A stretch of 64,000 nucleotides of DNA, taken from NCBI GenBank assembly GCA_943788915.1, contig CALSSD010000010.1:620001-684000 (forward strand), written 5' to 3'. Each line of letters begins with the position of its first letter. Position 1 is the first letter of the stretch. Below are positions 1 to 11,565 of the stretch, piece after piece. Position numbers and translations under genes: made by a program. This stretch comes from an uncultured Acidimicrobiales bacterium (GTDB lineage: Bacteria > Actinomycetota > Acidimicrobiia > Acidimicrobiales > UBA10347). The notes under the pieces are model-generated. The model saw only the letters and a list, made by a program, of their open reading frames with translations. It did not search any database and had not been told where the DNA came from.

Positions 1-2330
1 TCAACGATGGCACGCACGACCTCGGGAGGAAACGGCGGGTTAACCGGCCAAACCAAGTCACGGAGGTAGGAACGAAGGTCCTGGGGATCAGCCGCCACGC
101 TCAGGTTCTCGAAGACCGTGGAGTCTTCGAAGAGTTCAAGCGATTGGAATGATCGAGCTACCCCAGATCGGGCCCGGCGGGTGGGAGACAATTTGGAAAT
201 GTCAAGGTCATCGACAAGCACGCTGCCTTCGGCGGCGGCAAAGCCACTGATGGCATCGATGAGCGATGTCTTGCCTGCGCCGTTCGGGCCGATCAGGCCG
301 GTGACCGTGCCCGGCCTGAGTTCGTAGCTGACGTTGTTTACTGCGGTGACAGCGCCATAGGTGACCGTCAGGCCATCGATAGTTAACGCTCGGGGTGGCA
401 CCTGGGTCTCGTCGGCAGTTGCACTGAGGTCCGCAACATCTTCAAGCCTGATGACGTAGGGCCGGCCCCATTTCTTCGACTTCTTGAAGAGGCGGAATAT
501 TTTCACCCACTCGGCAGCGACGCCGTCCTGATACCCGAGCACAGTCAACAGGATTGCGATACCGCTGATCAGCTGGGTCCAACGACCGACACCGCCCCAG
601 GTGGATTCGAGAATCTCCTGGTTGAAACCCGCTGTGGCCATCGTTGCTCCAACGAACGCGCCCAAGAGATGTCCCACCCCACCAACGAGTGCGAGACCGG
701 CGTAGGTGATCGATGTGAAACTGGTGAACGACTGATAGCTGATCGAGCTGAGCCGGAACGCCAACAAGATCCCGCCGAGTGCGGCAAGTGCAGCAGCGAA
801 CGCAAAGGCGAAGAGTTTGGCCCTGAGCACGTCGATCCCCAGTGCGGCTGCGGCTCGCTCGTTCGTTCGAACAGCGATGAGTCGGCGACCACTCCGACCC
901 CGACGTACGTTGGAGACCATCCACACCGCGATTACGGCCATGGCAAGCACAAATATGCCGTAACGCTCCGGGTACCTGATCGAACTGATGTCGTAGCCAA
1001 ACAGATCAGGGTTACCGACCTGGGTGCCCCGAACGCCGCCGGTGTAACTGCGGTTGCGGAACAGCATGAGCTCCATGGTCGTGCCCAACCCAAGCGTAAC
1101 GATGGCCAGGTTGATGCCCCGGGTTCGAACCGCAGGGAGGGCGAAGAGCAGACCGAGTGGCACTGCTGCTGAAACCCCTGCTACCAGCCCGAGCAGGAAA
1201 GGAATGTCGTAGACCGCGACCAGGCGACCGGCGACAAAGGCGCCGAAACCCGCGATCGTGTATTGCGCCAGAGACAGTTGGCCTGCGTAACCGGTGAGCA
1301 CAACGATTGATAACAACACGATTGCGACACCAAGAGACACGGTCAGGGCGTCGATCCATTTGGCGTCCTTGGTGAGCATCAAGAAGACGATGACGCCGCA
1401 GCCGAAGATGGTCCAGTCCCATGACATTCGACCGTTGCCCAGCATCGGCTGTTGTTTGAGGAAGTAGTCGCGCAGCGGCAACGACCGGCCTCGGAAGACC
1501 AGCACCGCAATGATGATCAGAAAGGGAAGGGATGCGCCCAAGCCCTGCTGGTCGATGAAGCGGCTCACGAGTGTTTGCGCGATCCCGAGCCCGAGACCGG
1601 CCGCGGTTGCGATGGGGAAGGAGCGGAAATCGCCAACGAGTGCGCTGGCCAGCGCGGCGAGGACCAACGAGGTCATGGCTGCGACCTGCAAGGTGATGAT
1701 AGGCACGACCAGAATGCCTGCGATTGCAGCAATGGCCGAGCCGAGTGCCCAGTTCAGCGTCGCGATGCGGTTGGGGGATAAACCAATCGCCGATGCCGAG
1801 CGTTCGCTTTCAGACACCGCCTCGGTAGCAAGCCCGAACTGGCTCGACCGATACAACGCCCACAGAGCGGTGGCGGACGCAACAGCGATACCCAGCAGTA
1901 TCAGGCGGTCAACAAAGATGTCGACGTCACCCCACAGTGTGAACCGATTATTAGGCAGCCAGCTGTCCACCTGACGGGGCTGCGAGCCATAACGAATGAC
2001 TACGCCCGCCTGGACCGAGATCAGCACGCCCAACGTCGCTATCACTCGGACAAGCGAACTGGCGCGCCGCAGCGGTTTCATGACCCACCAGTGGGTCAAG
2101 ACCCCGAGGAACGCAGAGAGGGCGACACCGACAAGGGCAGCGAGAAGGAACGGCCACCCCTGCTCGTATTGCAGTTCCCACTGCATGAACACGCCAGCGA
2201 TTGCGGTCGCTCCCAGCGAGAAGTTCAACACACCGGTACCGCGATAGATCACGATCAGGCCCTGCGATGCGAACGCGTACAAGGCGCCGACACCAAGACC
2301 TAGTAGTGCGAATCTGACGACCTCGCCCAT
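1..2330 (-). CDS. Fused branched-chain amino acid ABC transporter permease (LivH/LivM-like) + ATPase (LivG-like); runs off the left edge
   Basis: ATG at 2330 with GGGGG RBS; starts MGEVVRFALLGLGVGALYAFASQGLIVIYRGTGVLNFS; Walker A GLIGPNGAGKT at 299 is in the same frame; absent from the ORF track, presumably because no stop falls inside the window. Confidence 0.85.
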   Translation of the reverse strand, partial: MGEVVRFALLGLGVGALYAFASQGLIVIYRGTGVLNFSLGATAIAGVFMQWELQYEQGWPFLLAALVGVALSAFLGVLTHWWVMKPLRRASSLVRVIATLGVLISVQAGVVIRYGSQPRQVDSWLPNNRFTLWGDVDIFVDRLILLGIAVASATALWALYRSSQFGLATEAVSESERSASAIGLSPNRIATLNWALGSAIAAIAGILVVPIITLQVAAMTSLVLAALASALVGDFRSFPIATAAGLGLGIAQTLVSRFIDQQGLGASLPFLIIIAVLVFRGRSLPLRDYFLKQQPMLGNGRMSWDWTIFGCGVIVFLMLTKDAKWIDALTVSLGVAIVLLSIVVLTGYAGQLSLAQYTIAGFGAFVAGRLVAVYDIPFLLGLVAGVSAAVPLGLLFALPAVRTRGINLAIVTLGLGTTMELMLFRNRSYTGGVRGTQVGNPDLFGYDISSIRYPERYGIFVLAMAVIAVWMVSNVRRGRSGRRLIAVRTNERAAAALGIDVLRAKLFAFAFAAALAALGGILLAFRLSSISYQSFTSFTSITYAGLALVGGVGHLLGAFVGATMATAGFNQEILESTWGGVGRWTQLISGIAILLTVLGYQDGVAAEWVKIFRLFKKSKKWGRPYVIRLEDVADLSATADETQVPPRALTIDGLTVTYGAVTAVNNVSYELRPGTVTGLIGPNGAGKTSLIDAISGFAAAEGSVLVDDLDISKLSPTRRARSGVARSFQSLELFEDSTVFENLSVAADPQDLRSYLRDLVWPVNPPFPPEVVRAIV

Positions 2331-2360
2331 GTTCCCCCTTTGAGTTATCTACTCCTTGGC

Positions 2361-2395
2361 GCTAGCCAGCCACACCACTGGTGTGACTGGCTAGC
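2361..2395 (-). terminator. Intergenic stem-loop between the substrate-binding protein and permease genes
   Basis: gctagccagccacacca-c-tggtgtgactggctagc; 17-bp arms with one G-U pair on the minus strand. Confidence 0.6.
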
Positions 2396-2461
2396 AACTA
2401 CCACTGACCGGGACCGAACGAGCGGTCACCGCAAGGCAACGTGGTTGCCTCGTGTCGGGTC

Positions 2462-3763
2462 CTAGCCGGCGTCGCCGGTCGCGAGCGCCCCAACGTCTTC
2501 GAACTCGGTCGTTAGTGGCACGACCTTTCCGTTCTCGAGGGTGCTGAAGACGACGCTGCGGTTGAACAGTCGTTCGTAACCTTCGAGCCCATCGGTCCAC
2601 TCTTGGGTGAAGTCGAGGTCAGGGACCATGCCACCGAGGTCAAGGTTGGATGTGTTCGAGGCCGCTTCGAAGAACGACTCAGCCGTGATCTCACCGTCGA
2701 TGCCTTCGGCGATGATCGTGAATCCGTGGAATGCTGCCCAAGTACCCATGCCCCCGAGGCTGTTGTAGTCGAACTCGGTGGTGTCATACCCAGCCTCGTC
2801 GAGGGCCAACCGGTACTCGTCCCATGGTGCGGTCGAGATATCGGGGTACATGCCAGCGATGATGTCGCCGTCGGTCGCTTCTTCGTTACCGGCTGCGGAC
2901 ACCTCGTTGAGGTTGCCTTGTGGGCCGTATTGGCGAGCCTCGGTACCAGACTGTGTCCAGGCAGTGTTCCAGGTGATGTACGGACCTTCGGATACAACCA
3001 TGAGGACGCAGTCAGCGTCGTTGCTGGTGGCCTGGGCGACCTCGGCTGAATAGTCCTGCGCCGTTGGCGGGAGGATAATGACGTCGCCGAAGCTTTGACC
3101 AAGAGCAGCCATAGCGTTTTCCATTGGCGGAATGAAGATCTGGGCGCCATCGATGATGACGGCATTCATGCTCGTACAGCCGTCGTCGACAGCTCGCTTC
3201 ACGGAACCAACGGCATACATGGGCTGGTTGCCGATTGGGAATGAGTGTTTGCTGGTCAGCTCAGACGGTGTGATTGGGCAACATGGCCCAAACCAGGTGA
3301 TGTCCGACTCGGCGATGACTGGCACGATGCTTTCGGCAAAGAACGTGAACGAGCCGACGATTGACACCATGTCTCCCTCGGTCGCTTCTCGGGCGCATGA
3401 GGTGGCGACGGCAGGGTCGAACTGCTCGTCGCAGACGGTGACTTCGAGTGGCCGGCCGGCGATGCCGCCTCGGGCGTTGATATATTCGGCGTAGGCCTGC
3501 GCTGTATTTGCGATGTTCTGGTAGGTCGGACCGGCTGCGTTGAGCGTGGTCACGGTCATGACCCTGAGCGGTTCGCCAGTCGGTTCATTTGATGTTTCAT
3601 CGCTGGTCTGCTCGGTCGATTCAACAGCTGAACTCGACGTTTCACCGTCGCTGCTTGATCCCCCACATGCGGTGGCGATGAGCGAGAAGGCTGCTAGTAG
3701 AACTAACAACATCTTCGCTGACCGGGCGCGAACTACCGGCTTCGTTTTTCGTGTGCTCTTCAT
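2462..3763 (-). CDS. ABC transporter substrate-binding lipoprotein (LivJ/type I periplasmic-binding fold)
   Basis: Lipobox LIATAC-GG; INARGGIAGRPLEV motif; RBS before ATG 3763; upstream of the ABC permease. Confidence 0.85.
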   Translation of the reverse strand: MKSTRKTKPVVRARSAKMLLVLLAAFSLIATACGGSSSDGETSSSAVESTEQTSDETSNEPTGEPLRVMTVTTLNAAGPTYQNIANTAQAYAEYINARGGIAGRPLEVTVCDEQFDPAVATSCAREATEGDMVSIVGSFTFFAESIVPVIAESDITWFGPCCPITPSELTSKHSFPIGNQPMYAVGSVKRAVDDGCTSMNAVIIDGAQIFIPPMENAMAALGQSFGDVIILPPTAQDYSAEVAQATSNDADCVLMVVSEGPYITWNTAWTQSGTEARQYGPQGNLNEVSAAGNEEATDGDIIAGMYPDISTAPWDEYRLALDEAGYDTTEFDYNSLGGMGTWAAFHGFTIIAEGIDGEITAESFFEAASNTSNLDLGGMVPDLDFTQEWTDGLEGYERLFNRSVVFSTLENGKVVPLTTEFEDVGALATGDAG

Positions 3764-3958
3764 GATGTCCCCCTTTGACATAGGTCCGACAATGCAAGAC
3801 GCAACGGCTTCGGACCTCGGGGTTTTTCTAACAGCTGCACCTCGTTTTGTCCATTCAGCGCACCCGGGGACACGTCCGCATGAAGATTCTTGAGGCAAAC
3901 TCAGATTGTCCAACAGCCATATCCCGCAGCAAGATCTCGACGTGCGCGTGCCGGATCG

Positions 3959-5608
3959 TCAGGCGTTGCTCATCGAACAGAAGCATGAGGTTTGAATCTC
4001 TGCATCGCCACGAGCGAGGGCAAAATCGAGCCGAGGCTTCATTGCACGGGCATCTCGTTCGCGTCCTAGTTGGGTGTAACAATCGTGAAGCCCGATCAGT
4101 GCCCACACGTTGTCGGGGTGCTGGTTGGACCGGATGACCGAGTCGTCGAGCCCCAAGTCTGCTTCGTAGGCAGCAGCGGCTTCTTCGACGTGCCCCTGCT
4201 CGAGTAGGAGTGCACCCAGCGCATGTCGGCTCGGCATCATCCATCCCCACGGTTCGTCGTACGGCAATGCGTCCTCGAGCTCGACGGCCTTGCGGAGGTG
4301 GTCGAACGCGTTGTCGAAGTCTCCCTTGTGATAGGCGACCTCGCCAGTAAGCAGCTCGCGGGCAACGCCCAGAATGTCCAAACAGTTGACCACGTGCATC
4401 ATGCGTTCGGGTTGGACCCGTGCGACCGCAGCCTCGAAGCTCACAACTGCAGAAGCGGCTTCGTCGTGGTTCTTGAGCGCTGCATGGGCGACCCCCTTGC
4501 CATACCAAGCCATCGCGGTGGTGACGGTGTACAGGTCTGGGTCATCGGGCAGTGGCTCATCGACGAGTGCTTGCCACCGTCCGAACCGCACGAGAGCGTG
4601 AGTGCGAAGCGACATGTAACTCTCGAGGAAGTTGGGGAATGGGCCATAGCCAACAAGCTCGCCGGGGATGGTGGCATGCATAGAGTCGACCGCTTCCATT
4701 GCGGCGCCGAACTGGCCAAGGAACATTGCGCCGTACAACTTGAAATGGTAATTGTGGGTGCGATACATCGAGTAGAAATTCATCGCGCCGTTGTTTTGCC
4801 AATACAACAGGTCGGCGTTGATGCCTCGGTCGTTACCAGCAACCACATCTTGGTAGTTGCCGCACAGGACATCGATATGGGTCGCCATGTGCTCTAGATG
4901 GCCAGCCGATGGGACCAACCCGCGAAGGTCGTCGGCTGCTCGTAACGCCACCTCGGGGGTTGGCGACATCTCCATGAGATGGACGTACAGGTGCAGAAGG
5001 CCGGGATGCCTCGCCGATCCAGCTGCTTCCACATCGGCAAGTGCTTGTTCGAGGACCTGGCGGCACTCGAGTGTGTCAGCCCCTTCGACGGGTTGGCCGG
5101 TGCGCGGATCCCACAGCTGCCACGGCGTGCGGTTCATCATTGCCTCGGCGAAGAGCGTCGTGACCTCGTGATCCCCGGGGAAGGCTGCCGCAACATTGCG
5201 CATGGCGTTGGCATAGCCAGCGCTCCACACGTACAGGTCCTCGGCAGGTTCGTCGGCGGGGTAACGATGCTTCAAGGCATCGATGAGCGCCTGCTCAACC
5301 TCAGTTGTCGGATCCTGGTCAGCCGCTGCCAACCAGCGACGAGCACCGGTCAGAGCCTCGACGAGTTCGTCGGGCTGGAAGGCTTCCCATGGTTTGTTGT
5401 AGTTCGGGCCGATGCAATACGCCAGCCCCCACTTGGCCATGGCACATGTTGGATCAGCTTCAAGCGCCTTCTCGAAGCACACCATCGACTCTTCGTGGTT
5501 GTAGCCGAAGATCCAGTTCAGTCCTCGGTCGAACCACGTCTGAGCATCGCCCGACCCAGTCGTTATCGAGCGGCTGTGAACGCCCAAGTCGTACGGATAC
5601 TGTGTCAT
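3959..5608 (-). CDS. Tetratricopeptide-repeat-containing protein of unknown function
   Basis: Helical repeats (AQTWFDRGLNW..YNHEE, HPGLLHLYVHLME, YDEPWGWMMPSRHALGALL) typical of a conserved bacterial/fungal TPR family. Confidence 0.7.
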   Translation of the reverse strand: MTQYPYDLGVHSRSITTGSGDAQTWFDRGLNWIFGYNHEESMVCFEKALEADPTCAMAKWGLAYCIGPNYNKPWEAFQPDELVEALTGARRWLAAADQDPTTEVEQALIDALKHRYPADEPAEDLYVWSAGYANAMRNVAAAFPGDHEVTTLFAEAMMNRTPWQLWDPRTGQPVEGADTLECRQVLEQALADVEAAGSARHPGLLHLYVHLMEMSPTPEVALRAADDLRGLVPSAGHLEHMATHIDVLCGNYQDVVAGNDRGINADLLYWQNNGAMNFYSMYRTHNYHFKLYGAMFLGQFGAAMEAVDSMHATIPGELVGYGPFPNFLESYMSLRTHALVRFGRWQALVDEPLPDDPDLYTVTTAMAWYGKGVAHAALKNHDEAASAVVSFEAAVARVQPERMMHVVNCLDILGVARELLTGEVAYHKGDFDNAFDHLRKAVELEDALPYDEPWGWMMPSRHALGALLLEQGHVEEAAAAYEADLGLDDSVIRSNQHPDNVWALIGLHDCYTQLGRERDARAMKPRLDFALARGDAEIQTSCFCSMSNA

Positions 5609-5748
5609 AATTCCCCACTTCCGGCGCCACGCTGACACCTGGTGCGCCGTGTCGCCGCAGCAGCACGACCTTGCACGAGTCTGGCACAGTGTTTCGTTGG
5701 CCGCGCACGGGAGCTAGCAAGCCAGGGGTCTTGTTGTTCGCCGGAGGT

Positions 5749-6501
5749 TCAGTCCGACGAACAGGATTCATGCGGGGCTCCGTCTTGCAGCCCGAGGGTG
5801 TGACAGCTGCGAAGCACGAGACGCTCGTTCAAGACCGGGTGAACGATCTCGAGGGTGTCGGCGTGCAGCCATAACCGTGCCTGGACACCGGCTTCCAACG
5901 AGTCGACTGGATGCCCGTACAACTCGTCGCCCAAAATTGGCGCTTCCAATGCTGCCAGATGGACGCGCAGCTGATGGGTCCGGCCGGTCTTTGGTGACGC
6001 ACGGACCAAAGCAAGGGGACCGTCGATGTCCAAGACCTCAAAGTGTGACTGGGCAGGTTTGCCCCCGCTGTGTACTTCTTCGGTCGCACCCTTGCGGTGT
6101 CGCAGGTAACTCCGGCGATCTATCGAGTCACCAACTGTCCACGCTGCATCTGCGGATAACACGACGACTGCTTGGTACTGCTTGGAGACAGTTCGATCCT
6201 GGAACTGTTTCATCAAACCGGTTGCAGCGGCGCGGTTTCGAGCGAACACGACGACACCAGACGTTCCACGGTCGAGACGGTGAGCTGCTCGAAATTCTGG
6301 GCCGTCTTGCGGATTGGCTAAGCCGGTTGGGTTGGGCAACGTGTCACGGGCCCAGCGCTCGAGAGCCATTCCCAGATGGTCCCGCTTCGGGTCGATGCTT
6401 GCGTCACAGAGCACCCCGGGCGCCTTGTCGACCGCCACAAGGTCATCGTCAGCGAACAAGATGGCTTGCGGACCGAGGCGTATCGGTTCCTGGGCATCCA
6501 T
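5749..6501 (-). CDS. RluA-family RNA pseudouridine synthase
   Basis: VDKAPG, HRLDRGTSG (catalytic Asp), GRTHQLRVH, PILGDELYG. Confidence 0.92.
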   Translation of the reverse strand: MDAQEPIRLGPQAILFADDDLVAVDKAPGVLCDASIDPKRDHLGMALERWARDTLPNPTGLANPQDGPEFRAAHRLDRGTSGVVVFARNRAAATGLMKQFQDRTVSKQYQAVVVLSADAAWTVGDSIDRRSYLRHRKGATEEVHSGGKPAQSHFEVLDIDGPLALVRASPKTGRTHQLRVHLAALEAPILGDELYGHPVDSLEAGVQARLWLHADTLEIVHPVLNERLVLRSCHTLGLQDGAPHESCSSD

Positions 6502-6628
6502 CTGCGGAATCTATCGGCTCGACAGGTTACGGCGGGCTCTCCGTGAGCCGATAGTTGTACGACACCGGTGCAGCAGGCGGCAGAACCCGCTAGGTGCGCC
6601 GGAACCGCGCTCGTTTTGGGCGAGCTGA

Positions 6629-7852
6629 TTAGCGGATATGCAACACATCTGGTCGCACGCGCAGAAACGTCAGCACACAAATAAGCCCGCTGATGTTGAA
6701 GATGACGAGCGCGGACGGAGCCCCGATTGCTTCGGATAACTCGCCGAGAGCAGTCATCCCCAACGGGAGCACACCAATCGCCATCGACAAGAGTCCCATG
6801 GCACGACCTTTCATGACGGGAACGACAGCAGTCATCACCAGTGCACCCTGTGTCGACGCAAACAGTCCGATGAAACACGAGGCGACGAAAAGGGACGCAA
6901 ATACGAGCCAATACTGATCAAACGCCCCAAAACCGATGAGGAAGATAAACCCTCCGACCGCTCCCGTTGCATAGGCGCGTCCTCGCCGAATGTTCGTTCG
7001 CAAGATGATCGTCGCTCCAACCGCCATCCCGGCTCCCGTTGCTGCTGCCAATAACCCGGTGCGAAAGGGTGACGCATCGACACGCTGGGCGACGACTTGC
7101 ACGATTGGGAAGTACGCGAAGTGGAAGAAGTTCACCAACGCAGTCACGCCGAGAATCGAGGCAAGCGGTGGTTGTTGTCCGACAAGACTGACGCTGGCGG
7201 CGATGTCTGAGCGCAACGTAGATCCCTGATGCGATTGCAGCGTCTGGCGCGGCGTTGGCGGCACCGCCAGAAGAAGTGCGGCGGCGAGAACGATGGCGCC
7301 TGCGACGGAGAGGTAGGCGCCGCCTGCGCCGGCCACCCCAATGAGGGCTCCGCCAGCCACCGTGCCGGCGATCAAACCGAAGGCCGAAGCAAGCCCTTCC
7401 CATGCCATTGCATCATCAATATGTTCGTCGCCGACGAGGTCATGGATCATGGTTCGGCGCGCCGTCATATCGATGACCCAACCGAAACCAGCGAGCACCA
7501 TGTAGAGATACAGAACCCATAGCGGCAGGTTGTCGGTCAGTGCGAGCCAACCAATACCAGCGGTAAGGGGCCCGAGAACGCTGAACTGAACGAACAATAG
7601 GTGGCGTCGTGAGATGCGATCGGACACGGCACCGCCAACGACACCGGTTAGCAACAACGGTGCCCACAACAATGCTCCGGTGAGCTGAACGAGTCGGGCG
7701 GATTCCGTTGTGTCGGCTACGACGTAGGCGCCGAGAAACCCAATGGCCCATCGGCATAAACTCCACACAACTCCCACTGCATAGACAGCGGTGAAGCCGG
7801 GTTGAGCGAAGACCTCGCGCCGAGAATGGGCCCGATGCGCTGTCTGGTCCAT
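6629..7852 (-). CDS. MFS transporter
   Basis: 407 aa with about 12 hydrophobic segments; motif A-like GAVSDRISRR. Confidence 0.85.
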   Translation of the reverse strand: MDQTAHRAHSRREVFAQPGFTAVYAVGVVWSLCRWAIGFLGAYVVADTTESARLVQLTGALLWAPLLLTGVVGGAVSDRISRRHLLFVQFSVLGPLTAGIGWLALTDNLPLWVLYLYMVLAGFGWVIDMTARRTMIHDLVGDEHIDDAMAWEGLASAFGLIAGTVAGGALIGVAGAGGAYLSVAGAIVLAAALLLAVPPTPRQTLQSHQGSTLRSDIAASVSLVGQQPPLASILGVTALVNFFHFAYFPIVQVVAQRVDASPFRTGLLAAATGAGMAVGATIILRTNIRRGRAYATGAVGGFIFLIGFGAFDQYWLVFASLFVASCFIGLFASTQGALVMTAVVPVMKGRAMGLLSMAIGVLPLGMTALGELSEAIGAPSALVIFNISGLICVLTFLRVRPDVLHIR

Positions 7853-8183
7853 CGTGCCCTCCTCGTCAAGTTCGGTTCGATGCAGTCAAACACTCTCACG
7901 CCAGGAGTGCCCAACCCCACTTCTTGAGCCACCGACTCACCGACGAAGGGTCCTCTCGGGCCGTTTCCGAACGCGGGTGACAGCCAACCCGCCACCAGAC
8001 GCAAATAAGGCGCGTGATGTACGAGATAGGTACATGGCGCTCCTAAGAAGCCAATCTCCCCGGCAGTTGTGTGGAGATTGGCAGTTCGGCTCTCCAGCTG
8101 ATCTCCAAGTACAACGACAGATTGTTCGTCAGTGTGGGTTTCACCAACAACGTCCTCAACCGAGGACCAATAAGGAGATTCAC

Positions 8184-8466
8184 ATGACTGCTACCAACAC
8201 CCCAGCCGTTGACAATGGCGTAAACGTTGCTCACCTACTGGGAGCCCGTGAGGCAATGTCCGCCGCACCAGCGGCTGCATATTTCAAATTCACCGCGACG
8301 AATACTTGGGTCAATGGAACACATAGCACTACGACTGTCGACAGCTACTTCGGCATGGGCGGCGACCAGGCACATACGCAACCTCACTCCGTAGACACAG
8401 ATCACCCTGAGTTGTTCGCTGCACAAGATGCCGGGATGACACCTCCGGAGATGGTTCTGGCCGGGG
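8184..8466 (+). pseudogene. 3'-truncated OsmC-family protein
   Basis: AAGGAG RBS, then MTATNTPAVDNGVNVAHLLGARE...DTDHPELFAAQDAGMTPPEMVLAG; similarity ends just before the conserved Cys and the frame runs into a hairpin and the antisense strand of the next gene. Confidence 0.7.
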
Positions 8467-8482
8467 CGGCAGGCGCGAACCT

Positions 8483-8522
8483 GCGCTCCACGACTGGCTT
8501 TGCAAAGCCAGTCGTGGAGCGC
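8483..8522. terminator. Perfect 40-bp palindrome, probable terminator of the Asp-rich gene
   Basis: gcgctccacgactggctttg|caaagccagtcgtggagcgc, about 25 bp past the stop at 8547. Confidence 0.75.
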
Positions 8523-8546
8523 CGCTCCTGCATGTCAAAAGATCAA

Positions 8547-9634
<1,088 letters not shown>

Positions 9635-9638
<4 letters not shown>

Positions 9639-10189
9639 GAGACCTCCTCGGCAAGAATTTGTCTTTGCAGTGCCTGCAATCCACGTCGCTGTAGTGCTTT
9701 CACCGCTGTTGCGGGCCGGTTCACAATCTCTGCCACATCGCTGATGCTGAGATCTTCAATAAGTCGCAGCACGATTACTTCGCGTTGTTCAACGGTGAGC
9801 AAACTCAACCGGTCCATAACGGCGTCTCGACTCATGTGTTCCAGCGCTTCGTCTTCGGCCGAAGCCACTGGCTGTTCCGGCGCGTCGTCATCGGAAAGCA
9901 CTGGCCGGCGAGTTTCGCTGCGGTGAGCGTCGATCAGTCGATTGCGGGCAATAGTGAAGATCCAGCGGACGAACGCCGCTTCGTCACCGCTGAATCGGTT
10001 CAGGTTCTGGAAGGCCCGCAGCATCGTGTCGTTGGTAACGACTTCTGGATCGGCAGCGCCTCGTGCAATGGCAAAAGCCTGGATGCGTCCGGCATAGTTC
10101 CGATACAACGAATCGAAACCAACGCCGTCTCCATCGCGCGCACTGCGGAGCATCTCGTCGAAGAGAGGTTGCTTCTGCGTAGGCGCCAT
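9635..10189 (-). CDS. ECF RNA polymerase sigma factor
   Basis: Region 2 (FDSLYRNY..., WIFTIARNRLIDAHR) and region 4 (LTVEQREVIVLR..DLSISDVAEIVNRPATAVKALQRRG); start could also be 10228. Confidence 0.9.
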
Positions 10190-10532
10190 GCCGTGCCGGT
10201 CCAATCTGCGAGAGCGCACTACTTCCATCGGCACGCGCTCGCGATCACCAAGATAGCAACGGTTTCCCAACGCCTTTCGCTTGCTAATCCAGTCATGCAC
10301 TGGGAGAAACGTCGGAGCGCGTGATGAGGAGACCGGCCCGGGAAATCTTTTCTCCAAGCGTCCATCTTCCTTAAGGCAACCGCCTGCAAGGCGGCTGATC
10401 TCAGCCAGGAACGGGCTACTCCCTACGGTCCTATCGCCTGGGTGTTGAGGATGCCAGCCTGAACCTAGCCGCAGACAAGGCACCGAGTCTGAGTGGACGA
10501 ATGGTTTCCATCTAGCCGGATGGGGCTGTCTC

Positions 10533-11363
10533 TTAACCCGGTTTTTGGCCGATGACGTGCGTGAGTTCGTTGACGATGCGATAGGAGCCGTCGGCTGCTC
10601 GGAACTGCTCAACCGCAGGTAGCAGGAGGTCTCGCAGAGCGTCGTCACCGAGGCTGTCGAGCGCTGGTTTGACGAGTCCTGGGGACCGTAGTGCTTGCCA
10701 TGCGATCTCCTCGTCAGCGAACTCGAGGACCGACGCTGAGGCGCCCCGTTCAACGACGTCAATACCTTGCCCCGAGCAGAGCGTCTCCGCGATGCCCGGG
10801 CTTCCAATGGATGCAAGGCCGATCATCTCGGTCTTGGTGTCGTTGGTGGTACTTCCGAGCGCAAGAAACCAGTTCCGTAGATCGAGCGCTCGACCCGGGC
10901 CCCAGAACGTGATCCCGAGCCAGCCGCCTGGGCGCGTTACCCGGGCAGCCTCGGCGACGGCACCTTCGCATCCGCCCCAGATGCCGTTGAATGCGGTGAC
11001 CACATCAAATGATTCCATGTCATACGGAAGGTCGAACATGTCGCCAGCGCGGTAATCGCCGGCGGGGTCGCGACGCTTGGCGATCTCAATCAACTCGGTC
11101 GATGCATCGATTCCTGTCGTTGAAGCGCCGCGCCTCCGAGCAACCGCTGCTGCATATCCCGATCCGCAGGCAACATCGAGGAGGTCGGTGCCGGGGCCGA
11201 GCCCGACTCGGTCGAAGATGTGGTCGGCGGCGTCCCGAATACTCGGCTCCCACAGGTATGCCCAGTCTGCTGCAGCGTGTCCCCACGCGCTGCCAGCTGC
11301 CTTCCAGCCATCGTCGGGTGTGCTGGTACCGGTGGCTGGTGCCTCGGAAGGGGTGGTGCTCAT
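10533..11363 (-). CDS. Class I SAM-dependent methyltransferase
   Basis: LLDVACGSG motif I; GDMFDLPY..ESFDVV; ARVTRPGG. Confidence 0.9.
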   Translation of the reverse strand: MSTTPSEAPATGTSTPDDGWKAAGSAWGHAAADWAYLWEPSIRDAADHIFDRVGLGPGTDLLDVACGSGYAAAVARRRGASTTGIDASTELIEIAKRRDPAGDYRAGDMFDLPYDMESFDVVTAFNGIWGGCEGAVAEAARVTRPGGWLGITFWGPGRALDLRNWFLALGSTTNDTKTEMIGLASIGSPGIAETLCSGQGIDVVERGASASVLEFADEEIAWQALRSPGLVKPALDSLGDDALRDLLLPAVEQFRAADGSYRIVNELTHVIGQKPG

Positions 11364-11565
11364 GGCCGTCTCGTTTCGCTCGTCCGCCGAAGGCGGGGTG
11401 TGACTCCATGCTGACTGGAGGAGCGAAGCAATGCTTGGAGAATAGGTGGAGAGTCGGTGGAGATTGCGCCGGCGCCCCACATGTGCTGAAGGGAGCTGAT
11501 GTTGCAAGTTCGTGCGACGCTGGTTCGGTTAGAAGTAATGGCTCGCTGCCAGCTAGAACTCTCGG

